64,000 bases of DNA from an uncultured Helicobacteraceae bacterium (GTDB lineage Bacteria > Campylobacterota > Campylobacteria > Campylobacterales > Helicobacteraceae). The stretch spans positions 13,531-77,530 of the forward strand of contig CAMWQM010000006.1 in assembly GCA_947176375.1 (NCBI GenBank), read 5' to 3'. The notes below the pieces were generated by a model. It made no database searches. It worked only from the letters and a program-made list of their open reading frames with translations, and had not been told where the DNA came from. The position numbers were made by a program, and so were the translations under genes. Below are positions 41,701-50,617 of the stretch, in pieces (within the stretch, counting starts at the first letter, position 1; the number at the start of each line of letters is the position of its first letter).

Positions 41701-44125
41701 AGTTGAGGTAAAAATAGATGAAAAATATGCACCGAATCTCTATGTAAGTGTATTTATGCTACAAAATTATGAGAGTTTGGATAATGATAGGGCGCTTAGA
41801 TTATATGGTGTTGTGCCACTTAAAATAACAAATCAGAATTCTAAAATTAATCTTGAAATAAATGCTAAAGATAAAATAGAGCCAAATAGCGACTTAAGTA
41901 TAGAAATTTCCAATAAAGAAAATAAGCAAGTTACTTACACTTTAGCGATAGTAGATGAAGGGCTAATTAATTTAACAGATTTTAAAACGCCAAATCCGTG
42001 GAATTATTTCTACGCAAAAACAAGACTAGGAATAGAGAGTTTTGATACATATGATTATATAATCAACAAGACAAGTGGAAGTGTAAATAAAGTCTATGCA
42101 ATTGGTGGTGATGAGGAATTTGAGCAATCAAATAAGCAAAAAGATGATAGCGCAGATAGATTTAAGCCAGTGGTATTTTTCACTCCACCTACAAAGAGTG
42201 ATGAGAAAGGTTATGCTAAATTAAACTTTAAGATGCCATCATATTTTGGTAGTATTAGAGTAATGCTAATTGCAGTGGATAAAAACAGCTATGGAAGCAT
42301 ATTTAAAGATATAAAAGTCTCTGCACCTGTTGTAATGTTACCCACAATCCCACGAAGCCTAAAAATTAATGATAATTTTAGCTTTCCAATCGAAGTAATA
42401 CCAATAGAAGATGTTAAAAATGCAAAAATCACAATTAAAAGTGATGGAATAATAGATTTTAATCAAAATATTAGTGATTTAGTTTTTAGCTCTAAAACTC
42501 CCAAAACTATATTTTTTGAGGGCAAAGTGAGAGAGGAGTTAGGCATTGAAAATATAGATATTACTTTGGAGAGTGGCGGTTTTAAAATGCAAGATATAAC
42601 ACAAATTGACATAAAATCGCCAAATCCATATATTAGTATTTCAACTAATTATATGTTAAATGCCAATAATGAGCTTGAAATATCTGCACCTAGCGACTTT
42701 GTCAAAAACTCAAATAAGGGCAAAATCACTATAAGCACAAATCCGCTTCTTAGCTTAGAGCATAGAATAATGTGGCTTATGCGATACCCTTATGGCTGCA
42801 TTGAGCAGACAACTTCAAGTGTATTCCCACAATTATTTATTGATAAATTAAGCAATGCTGATTTTATCGACAAGCAAACGATAATTGACAATATCAATGC
42901 TGGAATCGCACGAATCTCATCATTCCAAACAGCAGATGGAGGATTCTCATATTGGCAAGGAAGTGGGAATAGTGATAAATGGGGGAGTGCCTATGCAGGA
43001 CATTTCTTAATTATGGCAAAGAAAAATGGCTACTATGTGAGTGAGGAATTGTTAAAGCGATGGGAAAAATATATGATAAATGATGCAATAAATGGCAGAA
43101 ATGATGTCTACCCACTTTATTTACTTGCGCTAAATGGCAATCCACAATTAGGTAGTATGAATACAATCTATGAAAATGATTTAAAAAGTTTAAGCACTAC
43201 AAATAGGTGGCTTTTGGCAGCAAGCTATAAACTAGCTGGATTTGATGATATTGCTTCTAAAATCACTAATGGTTTAAGCATTGAGCCAGATGAAACTTCC
43301 AGCTATTATGATTACTCTTATGGCTCACGATTGCGAAATGAAGCCATAATTTTACAGGCTTATAAGATTGTAAAAAATCAAATTAATGAAAGTTTATACA
43401 ATAATATCAAAGATAAGTTAGAGACAAATAATTGGCTCTCAACGCAAACTACAAGCTATGCCTTGCTAGTTTTAGCGGATATTAAAGAAGATTCTAAAAA
43501 TGTAAAGATGGATGGCAAAATTACTATTAATGGCAAAACTCAAAACTTTAATAGCAATAAAGATAAATTAAATTTTGACTTAAATAGCGGAATGGCAACT
43601 ATTAGCTCAAAAAATAATTTATTTATAAATTATATTTGGGATGGTATTAGCACTGATAATAAAGGTGATAATATCGCAAGCAATATGCGTTTGTATAGGA
43701 ATTTCGTCCAAATAGATGAATATGGTAACGAAAGATCGATTGATGTGCGGGAACTAAAAAGCTCGGAAAGCTTTTATATCAAGCTTGTATTAGAAGGGAT
43801 AGATTCTTCTTACATAGATATGAAAAATATTGCATTAACGCAGAATCTCCCTAGTGGATGGGAAATAGAAAATACTAGATTGAATAATGACTATGTTCCA
43901 GAAGTTGTAAATATCGCAAATAGCAAGATAACTTATATAGATATAAGAGATGATAAGATTATGTGGTTTTTTGATTTATATGATAAAAGAAGAGTAGTCT
44001 ATGTGAAAGTAAATGCAGTAACTCCGGGGACTTATACCCTCCCACCTGCCTATGCTGAGGCAATGTATAATGGCTCTTATAGGGCTAGCACAGATAGCTT
44101 TAGAGTTAGAGTTAATGCTAAATAA
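38771..44125 (+). CDS. Bacterial alpha-2-macroglobulin family lipoprotein (YfhM-like) with intact thioester
   Basis: 1784 aa with lipobox LFFGAC. The thioester motif YPYGCIEQTTSS has CIEQ at 42797-42808. Size and the adjacent pbpC are typical of the family. Confidence 0.92.
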   Translation: MNFFRILILAVFALFFGACGDDKSSLASFTSGVVDTNITPQVVFKDEVTKNINNIFESSGEIKINGKNYFGKYMFNQNNSLILLPDSTFNANENYKIEFDFKAINEITQSNIQTKKFNMEFKTSELIIETPRANFIKDKNDLSKINLDVTFEISQEIPFESIKENVKLLDSSNKAVDIDIIAFGTKKFNIISTPLPSPQNGDETYTLIFEKKIGVAKDIKIPITAIKIVNLDIIDIKTNNKNIEVRFSSPLAMNLNLNNFIKITPSIDFSASLAGDTINIKAPFKESQTYKIEILKGIVSRPPSNLKLEESYSKEVQFYNQEPKIVFSNNGVFLPDSNNKKIAFKSINVKKARVVVKKIYTNNITQFVHNSDFFKNSMRDYYLYDFNIMGDIIEESEIKIDSQKNVWVQNEIDLSGIKDLSGIFIVSLHFSEDDVDYTFPSGTAGWKKRNYFYDNGNIYKQLIFSNMALIAQKYGDNIIVSSLDIRTNKPLSDIIVESISANNQVISSGISNKNGDTVLKYKGSGDLEHLETFYITARSEDFKNFAILKQNQRVNEDGFDIDGISPKNGIKAFIYTDRGVYRPGDSVNLNIIARNGEAALTHPIKLTIINPRNKKQIDSLNIESSSDGMYYYEFKTPKNADTGIYNAIIDIGDNVFTHKIAIESVVPNRIKTQINVEDMINITKEQNINFSLQSDYLFGAPASELEYKVEANITPKIFNSKKYKDYTFDNPTNLRYTSNKLLSGTLNENGFSQRSIKLDSINDINKNLEANIIAWVYENSGRAVSARKKIYLKKFDSFVGIKKPITNYIKQNANITIPVILLDENENPIPNRKLKYRIYNNSYSWWWDYDNYNQFLRSIKADKNTRLIKEGEIISKNEISHIMFQVKERGEILLEVEDSTNKQSASILLYSSSWGEPLDVDKITQLKIKANKDSYIHNENAKVSFESVKGGRALITISNNSEIVDRYWIDTDEIQSQVEVKIDEKYAPNLYVSVFMLQNYESLDNDRALRLYGVVPLKITNQNSKINLEINAKDKIEPNSDLSIEISNKENKQVTYTLAIVDEGLINLTDFKTPNPWNYFYAKTRLGIESFDTYDYIINKTSGSVNKVYAIGGDEEFEQSNKQKDDSADRFKPVVFFTPPTKSDEKGYAKLNFKMPSYFGSIRVMLIAVDKNSYGSIFKDIKVSAPVVMLPTIPRSLKINDNFSFPIEVIPIEDVKNAKITIKSDGIIDFNQNISDLVFSSKTPKTIFFEGKVREELGIENIDITLESGGFKMQDITQIDIKSPNPYISISTNYMLNANNELEISAPSDFVKNSNKGKITISTNPLLSLEHRIMWLMRYPYGCIEQTTSSVFPQLFIDKLSNADFIDKQTIIDNINAGIARISSFQTADGGFSYWQGSGNSDKWGSAYAGHFLIMAKKNGYYVSEELLKRWEKYMINDAINGRNDVYPLYLLALNGNPQLGSMNTIYENDLKSLSTTNRWLLAASYKLAGFDDIASKITNGLSIEPDETSSYYDYSYGSRLRNEAIILQAYKIVKNQINESLYNNIKDKLETNNWLSTQTTSYALLVLADIKEDSKNVKMDGKITINGKTQNFNSNKDKLNFDLNSGMATISSKNNLFINYIWDGISTDNKGDNIASNMRLYRNFVQIDEYGNERSIDVRELKSSESFYIKLVLEGIDSSYIDMKNIALTQNLPSGWEIENTRLNNDYVPEVVNIANSKITYIDIRDDKIMWFFDLYDKRRVVYVKVNAVTPGTYTLPPAYAEAMYNGSYRASTDSFRVRVNAK

Positions 44126-44191
44126 ATAAAAATGCACTTATTTTAAAGGGTGTATTTAAGATTCTAAAGTAATATTAAAATAGAGATAAAT

Positions 44192-46474
44192 TTGAAAAAT
44201 ATTCTTTATAAAATTAAAAGCAGAATCTTTGAAATAATGCGGACAAGATTCGTTAAAGTGCTATTATTTTTAAGTATTATTTTATTTTTTTGCTTTGCTT
44301 TTATATTTTTTAGTTTTAATCCAAAGGGAGACCCATTTGAAAGCAGGTATTCTAAAACCTTACTTGATAGAGATGGAAAGATTTTAAGCACTTTTTTAAA
44401 TAAAGATGAGCAATGGCATATCAAAAACTATACACCACTTAGTGATAAGCTAAAAATCGCAACCCTAACTTTTGAGGATAAAAACTTTTATACCCATATT
44501 GGCTTTGATTTAAAGGCGTTACTTAGGAGTTTTTATCTAAATGTTGTGAGTGAAAAACGCATTGGAGGAAGCACAATCACAATGCAAACCATAAAATTGC
44601 TGCAAAAGAATAAGCGAACTTATGCAAATAAGATAAAAGAAATCATCCTATCAATGAGGTTGGAGTCTCTATACTTTAAAGATGAGATTTTAGAAATGTA
44701 TTTTAATAATGTCCCTTATGGCGGGAATATAGTTGGTATTGCCGCAGCGTCTTTGATGTATTTTAATAAAAGTCAAGAGAATCTAACTTGGGCAGAAAGC
44801 GCACTTTTAGCAGTGCTACCAAATGTGCCAGGCTTAATACATTTAGATAAAAATAAAGATATTTTGTTACAAAAGCGAAATGCACTGCTTTATAAATTAA
44901 GGGATAAAAATTATATTGATGATGATAATTTAAAACTAGCTTTGAGCGAAAAACTGCCAAATATAAAAAGACATACGAATCTAGCTCCACATTTAGCCTT
45001 TAGATTTAATGGTGTAAATATAAAAAGCACGATTGATAGGAAAATTCAAATTATTTTAGAAAATAAGCTAAAAAGTTATCACAAGACTCTTCTAAACTTA
45101 GGAATCCAAAATGTAGCTGGAATGATAATTGATACAAAAAGTAGAGAAGTGTTAGCTTATGGTGGCTCACAGGATTTTTTAGATATTGTTGGTTTTGGGC
45201 AGATTGATGGAAATATAGCTAAAAGAAGTGTTGGTTCTGTGCTAAAGCCACTGCTTTATGCACTTGCTATTGATGATGGATTAATTACTCCTAATTCAAA
45301 ACTAATAGACGCTCCAACATTTTTTTCAAATTTTAAACCACAGAATGCTTCAAAAAAATATTTTGGGTTAGTGAGTGCAAAAGCAGCTTTAATAAAGTCG
45401 CTTAATGTGCCATTTGTAGGTCTATTACAAGATTATGGATATGATAGATTCTTTTTTAATTTAAAAAATATTTTGGGTTTTAGTGAGAGTAATTTTGAGC
45501 AATATGGGCTATCTTTGATACTTGGCACAAAGGAAATGAGTATAGAAGATATTGCTAAAATCTATGTTGGACTTGGGAACTATGGGGAATTTGGCGATAT
45601 TTTGTATCTAAAAGATTCCCCACCACCTTATAAAAAAAGACTATTATCTAAAGGCTCTAGCTACCTTACGCTAGATGCGATGAGCCACCTTGATAGATTT
45701 GGGATAGAAAATTATTACAAAAGACAAAATGTATTTTCGTGGAAAACAGGCACAAGCTATGGGAGAAAAGACGCTTGGGCTGCAGGAACTTCGCCAAAAT
45801 ATACTATTGTGCTTTGGGCTGGGAATTTTAGCGGGGAATCTAATCCAAATCTCTTTGGACTAAATATTTCAGGTGTGTTATTATTTGACATTTTGAATGC
45901 GTTAGGCAATCTTGGCGGAGAATTTGAAAAGCCACAGGATTCCCTAAAAGAAATAAGGCTAGATTCCCTGACAGGTTATCGATATAGTGATGATTTTAAA
46001 GATATAGATTTTTTTTACGCACTCTATCCAAATGATGCTAAAACTCTTCGCTATTCGCCATTTTTAAAAAATGTTTTTGTGGATAAAAATCAAAATGAGG
46101 TAAATTCGCTTGATAGTGAGTTTATTAATGCAAAGAAAATCACAAAGCTAGTTTTGCCATTGTCCTTGTTGGAGTATTATAAGGAACAGAATGTCGAGTT
46201 TAAATCTAGTAAAAAAATGCGTGGAGTAAAAATTATATATCCAAAAAACCACTTAAAAATCATTAGGACAAGGGATTTTAATGGGAATAATGAGCTTATT
46301 GCAAGAATTGCAAATATCAACCAAAATGATATTTTTTGGTATTTGAACAAGGAGCATATAGCAATAAGCACTAAAAATACATTGCCACTTAAGCTAGGCA
46401 TAGGTGAGCATACATTAACTATCATTGATAGTGAGGGAAATAGCGATAGCGTAACTTTTAGTGTCGTGAAATAA
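44192..46474 (+). CDS. pbpC: Penicillin-binding protein 1C (bifunctional transglycosylase/transpeptidase family)
   Basis: 760 aa with GT51 motifs EDKNFYTHIGFD and GGSTITMQ, the SxxK motif SVGSVLKP, and a C-terminal PBP1C domain. The start is TTG 44192, or alternatively ATG 44237. Confidence 0.9.
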   Translation: MKNILYKIKSRIFEIMRTRFVKVLLFLSIILFFCFAFIFFSFNPKGDPFESRYSKTLLDRDGKILSTFLNKDEQWHIKNYTPLSDKLKIATLTFEDKNFYTHIGFDLKALLRSFYLNVVSEKRIGGSTITMQTIKLLQKNKRTYANKIKEIILSMRLESLYFKDEILEMYFNNVPYGGNIVGIAAASLMYFNKSQENLTWAESALLAVLPNVPGLIHLDKNKDILLQKRNALLYKLRDKNYIDDDNLKLALSEKLPNIKRHTNLAPHLAFRFNGVNIKSTIDRKIQIILENKLKSYHKTLLNLGIQNVAGMIIDTKSREVLAYGGSQDFLDIVGFGQIDGNIAKRSVGSVLKPLLYALAIDDGLITPNSKLIDAPTFFSNFKPQNASKKYFGLVSAKAALIKSLNVPFVGLLQDYGYDRFFFNLKNILGFSESNFEQYGLSLILGTKEMSIEDIAKIYVGLGNYGEFGDILYLKDSPPPYKKRLLSKGSSYLTLDAMSHLDRFGIENYYKRQNVFSWKTGTSYGRKDAWAAGTSPKYTIVLWAGNFSGESNPNLFGLNISGVLLFDILNALGNLGGEFEKPQDSLKEIRLDSLTGYRYSDDFKDIDFFYALYPNDAKTLRYSPFLKNVFVDKNQNEVNSLDSEFINAKKITKLVLPLSLLEYYKEQNVEFKSSKKMRGVKIIYPKNHLKIIRTRDFNGNNELIARIANINQNDIFWYLNKEHIAISTKNTLPLKLGIGEHTLTIIDSEGNSDSVTFSVVK

Positions 46475-46639
46475 TTTTTAGATTTGGGTAAGAAAATTCA
46501 TAGCCTTTGGAATAGATACCATTTTATGAAAGCCCAGATTTTTGGGGTTTGGCTAGGACTAATCCTATTTAAAATCTAGATTCTAGCCATATTTTAGAAT
46601 CTATAAAATCACTAAAATTAGATTCTAAAATTTTTAATG

Positions 46640-47368
46640 TTATTTTTTCTCGTAGATAAATGGCACTCCACGAATCACACCAGTTTTGAATAAAAATTCA
46701 GTAGTTTCTTTTACTTTTGTAGTATCAATGCTTTTTGGCGTTTTGAAGCTATTAGAAAAAATTTCTTTAAATTTCTTTAGTTTGTCTTTTTCGCTCATAT
46801 TGCTTTTTATGTTTTCTACCGCATAGGCAGCTTTTTTGAGTGAATCTTCGCCTAAAATCCCAACGATTACAATATTTACATTATGAGTTTTTAACTTCTC
46901 ATCAACTCTCTTAAATTCTTCCCTACAATAGCCACAATTTGGGTCTGCAACTATAAAGTAAGTTCCCGGATTTTTAGCACTAGATTTTAGTGTAACATAT
47001 TGCTCTGGCTTTAGTTGGTCTATTAGCTTACCTGCTGCATTTTGCTGTGAGCTTTCATTATGCTTTGTGCTTTCTTCTGCAATTTTTGCAATAATCTCAT
47101 TATCCGCACTAGAAGAACTAAACATTATATTTGAAAGCCCTATGATTAAATTACCATTTTTTGTCGCGAACATAGGGATTCTTTGTGAATTATTCTCGAT
47201 TTCAATTACAACCAGCTTTATGTCTTTATTGCTTTTTAAATCGCTTGTGCTAACGACCTTTACCTTTGTTTGTGTTTCTTTTTCTATCAATTTTGCTACA
47301 TTATCTTCAAATGAACCGAATACACAAGCCAAACACGCCACAGAAACTAATAATATTTTTTTAATCAT
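46640..47368 (-). CDS. Periplasmic thiol:disulfide interchange protein, DsbC/DsbG family
   Basis: 242 aa with a signal peptide, an N-terminal dimerisation-like domain and a thioredoxin fold carrying the CGYC active site. Confidence 0.8.
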   Translation of the reverse strand: MIKKILLVSVACLACVFGSFEDNVAKLIEKETQTKVKVVSTSDLKSNKDIKLVVIEIENNSQRIPMFATKNGNLIIGLSNIMFSSSSADNEIIAKIAEESTKHNESSQQNAAGKLIDQLKPEQYVTLKSSAKNPGTYFIVADPNCGYCREEFKRVDEKLKTHNVNIVIVGILGEDSLKKAAYAVENIKSNMSEKDKLKKFKEIFSNSFKTPKSIDTTKVKETTEFLFKTGVIRGVPFIYEKK

Positions 47369-47839
47369 TTTCTAAACTCCTATCAAAAAATTTACTAATT
47401 TTAAAACAGCAATTCTATATTTGTTTTTATAAAATAAAGATAAATATTTAAGAATATATTTTTAATAAATCCTTATTAAAGCCCATAAAATAGCTATAAT
47501 CCAAGTGGTAAATCTAATAAATAAACTTAAATTTTTTAAAGATTACTACTAAATATTAAAGCAATATGTGAAGTAGTAATAGATTTGCTAATAATTTTAA
47601 AATTTTTAATTTGAAAGTTTTTATATGAATATTTTGTTAGAATCATTTTTTATGAGGTTTTATGATTTTTAAGCAAGACATAAGCTAAAGAATCTAGCAA
47701 GTTAGACTCTAAAATTTTAATTTTATTTTAAATCCAGCTTCAAACACTTTAATGCAGAATCTTGCATATTTGAGATTCTAAATTTACTAGATTCTGCTTT
47801 TTGGATTCAAAAGTTGCAAATATTTTTAAAATTTTAAAA

Positions 47840-49675
47840 CTAAATATTAGATTCAATTAGTTTATTTAGCCTTGCACTAAAGCTACTTGCATTGTTAATA
47901 CTGCCTTTTTCAAGCAGTTTTGCACTATCAAATAAAAGATAGATCAAATCCTCTGCCTTTTGCTTGTCATCCAAGTCTTTTAGCTTTTTTATTATGCTAT
48001 GGTTTGGATTTATCTCAAAAACCGGGCTTTCTTCTTTGAAATCCTGTCCCATTTGTCGCATTAATTGCTCCATCATAGGATTGTTTTCTCCTGAGATCAC
48101 GCAAACAGGCGATTTATCCAATCTATTGGAGAGTTTCACATCTTTAATATTAGAATCTAAAATCTTTTTAATGGAATCTATTAAAGGCTCATACTCCTTT
48201 TTTACTTCTTCACTAATTTCTTCGCCTGTTAAATCCTCATTTATATTTTTAAATTTTAACCCCTCAAACTCACCAACTTGTGGTATTACAAAGCTATCAA
48301 TTTCATCATTTAAAAGTAAAACTTCTTTATCATCTTTATTGTATTTTTCAAGTAATGGTGAGTTTTTAAGCAATTCAAGCTCACTTCCAATAATATAATA
48401 AATGCTCTCATCTTTAGCCCTGGATTTATAAGTCTCTAATGAGATAAATTCGCCTTTTGTAGTATTAAATCTACAGAGTTTAAGTAATTTATCTTTATTC
48501 TCAAAATCGCTGTAAAGTCCCTCTTTGATTAGCTTTCCAAACTCATTATAAAAATCTTTATATTTAGTTTCGTCTTTTGAAAGTCGCTCAATTTCACTTA
48601 GAATCTTTTTGGTAGAGGCAGATTTGATATTTGCTAGAATCTTATTTTGTTGTAAAATCTCTCTACTCACATTAAGTGGCAAATCCTCACTATCAATCAC
48701 ACCTTTTATAAATCTCAAATATTGAGGCAAAAGTTCTTTATCGTTGTCTGTGATAAAAACCCGCTTAACATAAAGTTTGATATTGGATTGATAATCCACT
48801 CTGAATAGGTCGAAAGGTGCTTTATTTGGGATATAAAATAAAGTTGTATATTCCAAAGTTCCTTCTACTTTATTGTGAATCCAAGAAAGCGGCTTTGAAT
48901 TATCGTGGCTTAAATTTGAGTAAAATTCTATGTAATCCTCATCTTTTAGCTCACTTTTGGAGATTTTCCACAATGCTTTTGCTTTATTTATCTGCTCACT
49001 TTTAGAGACAATTTCTTCTTTTTTATTCTCATCTTCACCCTTGCTCTCAGTCTCCTCATAGTTTAGAATGATAGGGAATGCAATGTGGTCGGAATATTTT
49101 TTAATAAGGCTCTCAATTCGCCATTTATTCGCAAACTCCTTGCAATCATCTTTCAAATACAAGTCAATTTTTGTGCCAAAGCTATCTTTTAGGCATTCAT
49201 TAATCTCATATTCACCCTTGCCATCGCTAATCCACGCAAAAGCCTTTTTATTACCTGCTTTTTTGGAGGTTACGATAACCTTTGATGCAACCATAAAGCT
49301 GGAGTAGAATCCCACTCCAAATTGTCCAATAAGTGCGGAATCTTTCTTTTTATCACCGCTTAAAGCATTTAGAAAGCTTTTTGTGCCACTTTTTGCGATT
49401 GTCCCTAGATTTTCAATCAAATCTTTTTCACTCATTCCAAGCCCATTATCCTCAATACTTAAGATCCCTTTTTTTTCATCAAAGCTAATTGTGATTTGCG
49501 GTTTAAACTCAATATCTTTAAACTTTGCATCACTAATTGTTAGATAATTTAGTTTATCAAGCGCATCTGAAGCGTTTGAGACAAGCTCACGCAAGAAAAT
49601 CTCTTTATTTGAATACAAAGAATTTATCATCAAATCTAGTAGCTGGTTAATTTCTGTTTGAAATATATGTTTCAT
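47840..49675 (-). CDS. htpG: Molecular chaperone HtpG (Hsp90)
   Basis: 611 aa with NKEIFLRELVSNASDALDK and IGQFGVGFYS. Confidence 0.95.
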   Translation of the reverse strand: MKHIFQTEINQLLDLMINSLYSNKEIFLRELVSNASDALDKLNYLTISDAKFKDIEFKPQITISFDEKKGILSIEDNGLGMSEKDLIENLGTIAKSGTKSFLNALSGDKKKDSALIGQFGVGFYSSFMVASKVIVTSKKAGNKKAFAWISDGKGEYEINECLKDSFGTKIDLYLKDDCKEFANKWRIESLIKKYSDHIAFPIILNYEETESKGEDENKKEEIVSKSEQINKAKALWKISKSELKDEDYIEFYSNLSHDNSKPLSWIHNKVEGTLEYTTLFYIPNKAPFDLFRVDYQSNIKLYVKRVFITDNDKELLPQYLRFIKGVIDSEDLPLNVSREILQQNKILANIKSASTKKILSEIERLSKDETKYKDFYNEFGKLIKEGLYSDFENKDKLLKLCRFNTTKGEFISLETYKSRAKDESIYYIIGSELELLKNSPLLEKYNKDDKEVLLLNDEIDSFVIPQVGEFEGLKFKNINEDLTGEEISEEVKKEYEPLIDSIKKILDSNIKDVKLSNRLDKSPVCVISGENNPMMEQLMRQMGQDFKEESPVFEINPNHSIIKKLKDLDDKQKAEDLIYLLFDSAKLLEKGSINNASSFSARLNKLIESNI

Positions 49676-49784
49676 AATATTTGCTCCTTAAAAATTTTTA
49701 GCAAATATAACATAATATTGATAAAAAATCTATAAGTTTATATAGTAACTATAAACTTACTTATATGTGATTGTATTAAGTTTT

Positions 49785-49997
49785 CTAAATTTTATTTATC
49801 GCTTCTTGTTTATTTAAGTCTTTTAGTAGTTTTAATTGCATATTTTTTAGCTCTAAAGCTAGGCTTTTGAGTTTATTGATTTCTTTTGGGTATTCTTTAT
49901 TTATTTTAATTTTGGTAAGTGAATTATTAATGTTATTTGTATCTGAATTCTGCATAATTAGCCTTTGTTTTTGGAAATTGGAAAAATGAAATTGCAA
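49785..49997 (-). CDS. Small hypothetical coiled-coil-like protein
   Basis: 70 aa from a TTG start; an internal ATG (MQNSD...) is the more likely start. It is divergent from the HTH gene. No family was recognised. Confidence 0.3.
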   Translation of the reverse strand: MQFHFSNFQKQRLIMQNSDTNNINNSLTKIKINKEYPKEINKLKSLALELKNMQLKLLKDLNKQEAINKI

Positions 49998-50110
49998 AAT
50001 TATAATATTTATATTTTTAATATTTTATTAATTTATACTCCATTTAGTATATTTTAAAATAAATATATAATCTTTAGATTATTTTTTAAATATAAATTAA
50101 GGAATGTTTT

Positions 50111-50356
50111 TTGCTAAATATAATTGCTATGGAGCAAAGAGAATTAAAAATTTTATTATCACAAGCAAAATTAAGCAAAAAAGAATTTGCACAAATGGTT
50201 GGTATAAGTCAGCAGAGTGTGAATAATTGGGGCTCAAATAAGAATATTCCTTATTGGGTGAAAAGCTATTTGCAAAACTATATCAAGCTAAGGCAGTATG
50301 AGGAAATCAAGGATAAAATACAAGAGTTTGGAATTTTAAATAATTTTTTAGAGTGA
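50111..50356 (+). CDS. XRE-family helix-turn-helix transcriptional regulator
   Basis: The HTH reads LSKKEFAQMVGISQQSVNNWGSNKNIP. The start is probably ATG 50129 (MEQRELK). Confidence 0.65.
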   Translation: MLNIIAMEQRELKILLSQAKLSKKEFAQMVGISQQSVNNWGSNKNIPYWVKSYLQNYIKLRQYEEIKDKIQEFGILNNFLE

Positions 50357-50617
50357 TTTCTGACTTATTTTACTAAAAGCATTAACATAAATTTTATAAG
50401 ATTTTGCCAGATAATAGAAAAAATTTTAAAAATATTTAATCTAAATTTTGTGTTTTTTAGGGTGGAATATTATATAATTCCACTTTGAAATTACAAACAT
50501 TGCCAAGCAAATATTTATTAAATAGTTTGTAAAAAGCTAATAAATATTCCTAATTAATATAGCTCCATCTTTAGGCATATTTAGTATTTAAATAAATATA
50601 ATTTTATAAAGGTATTT

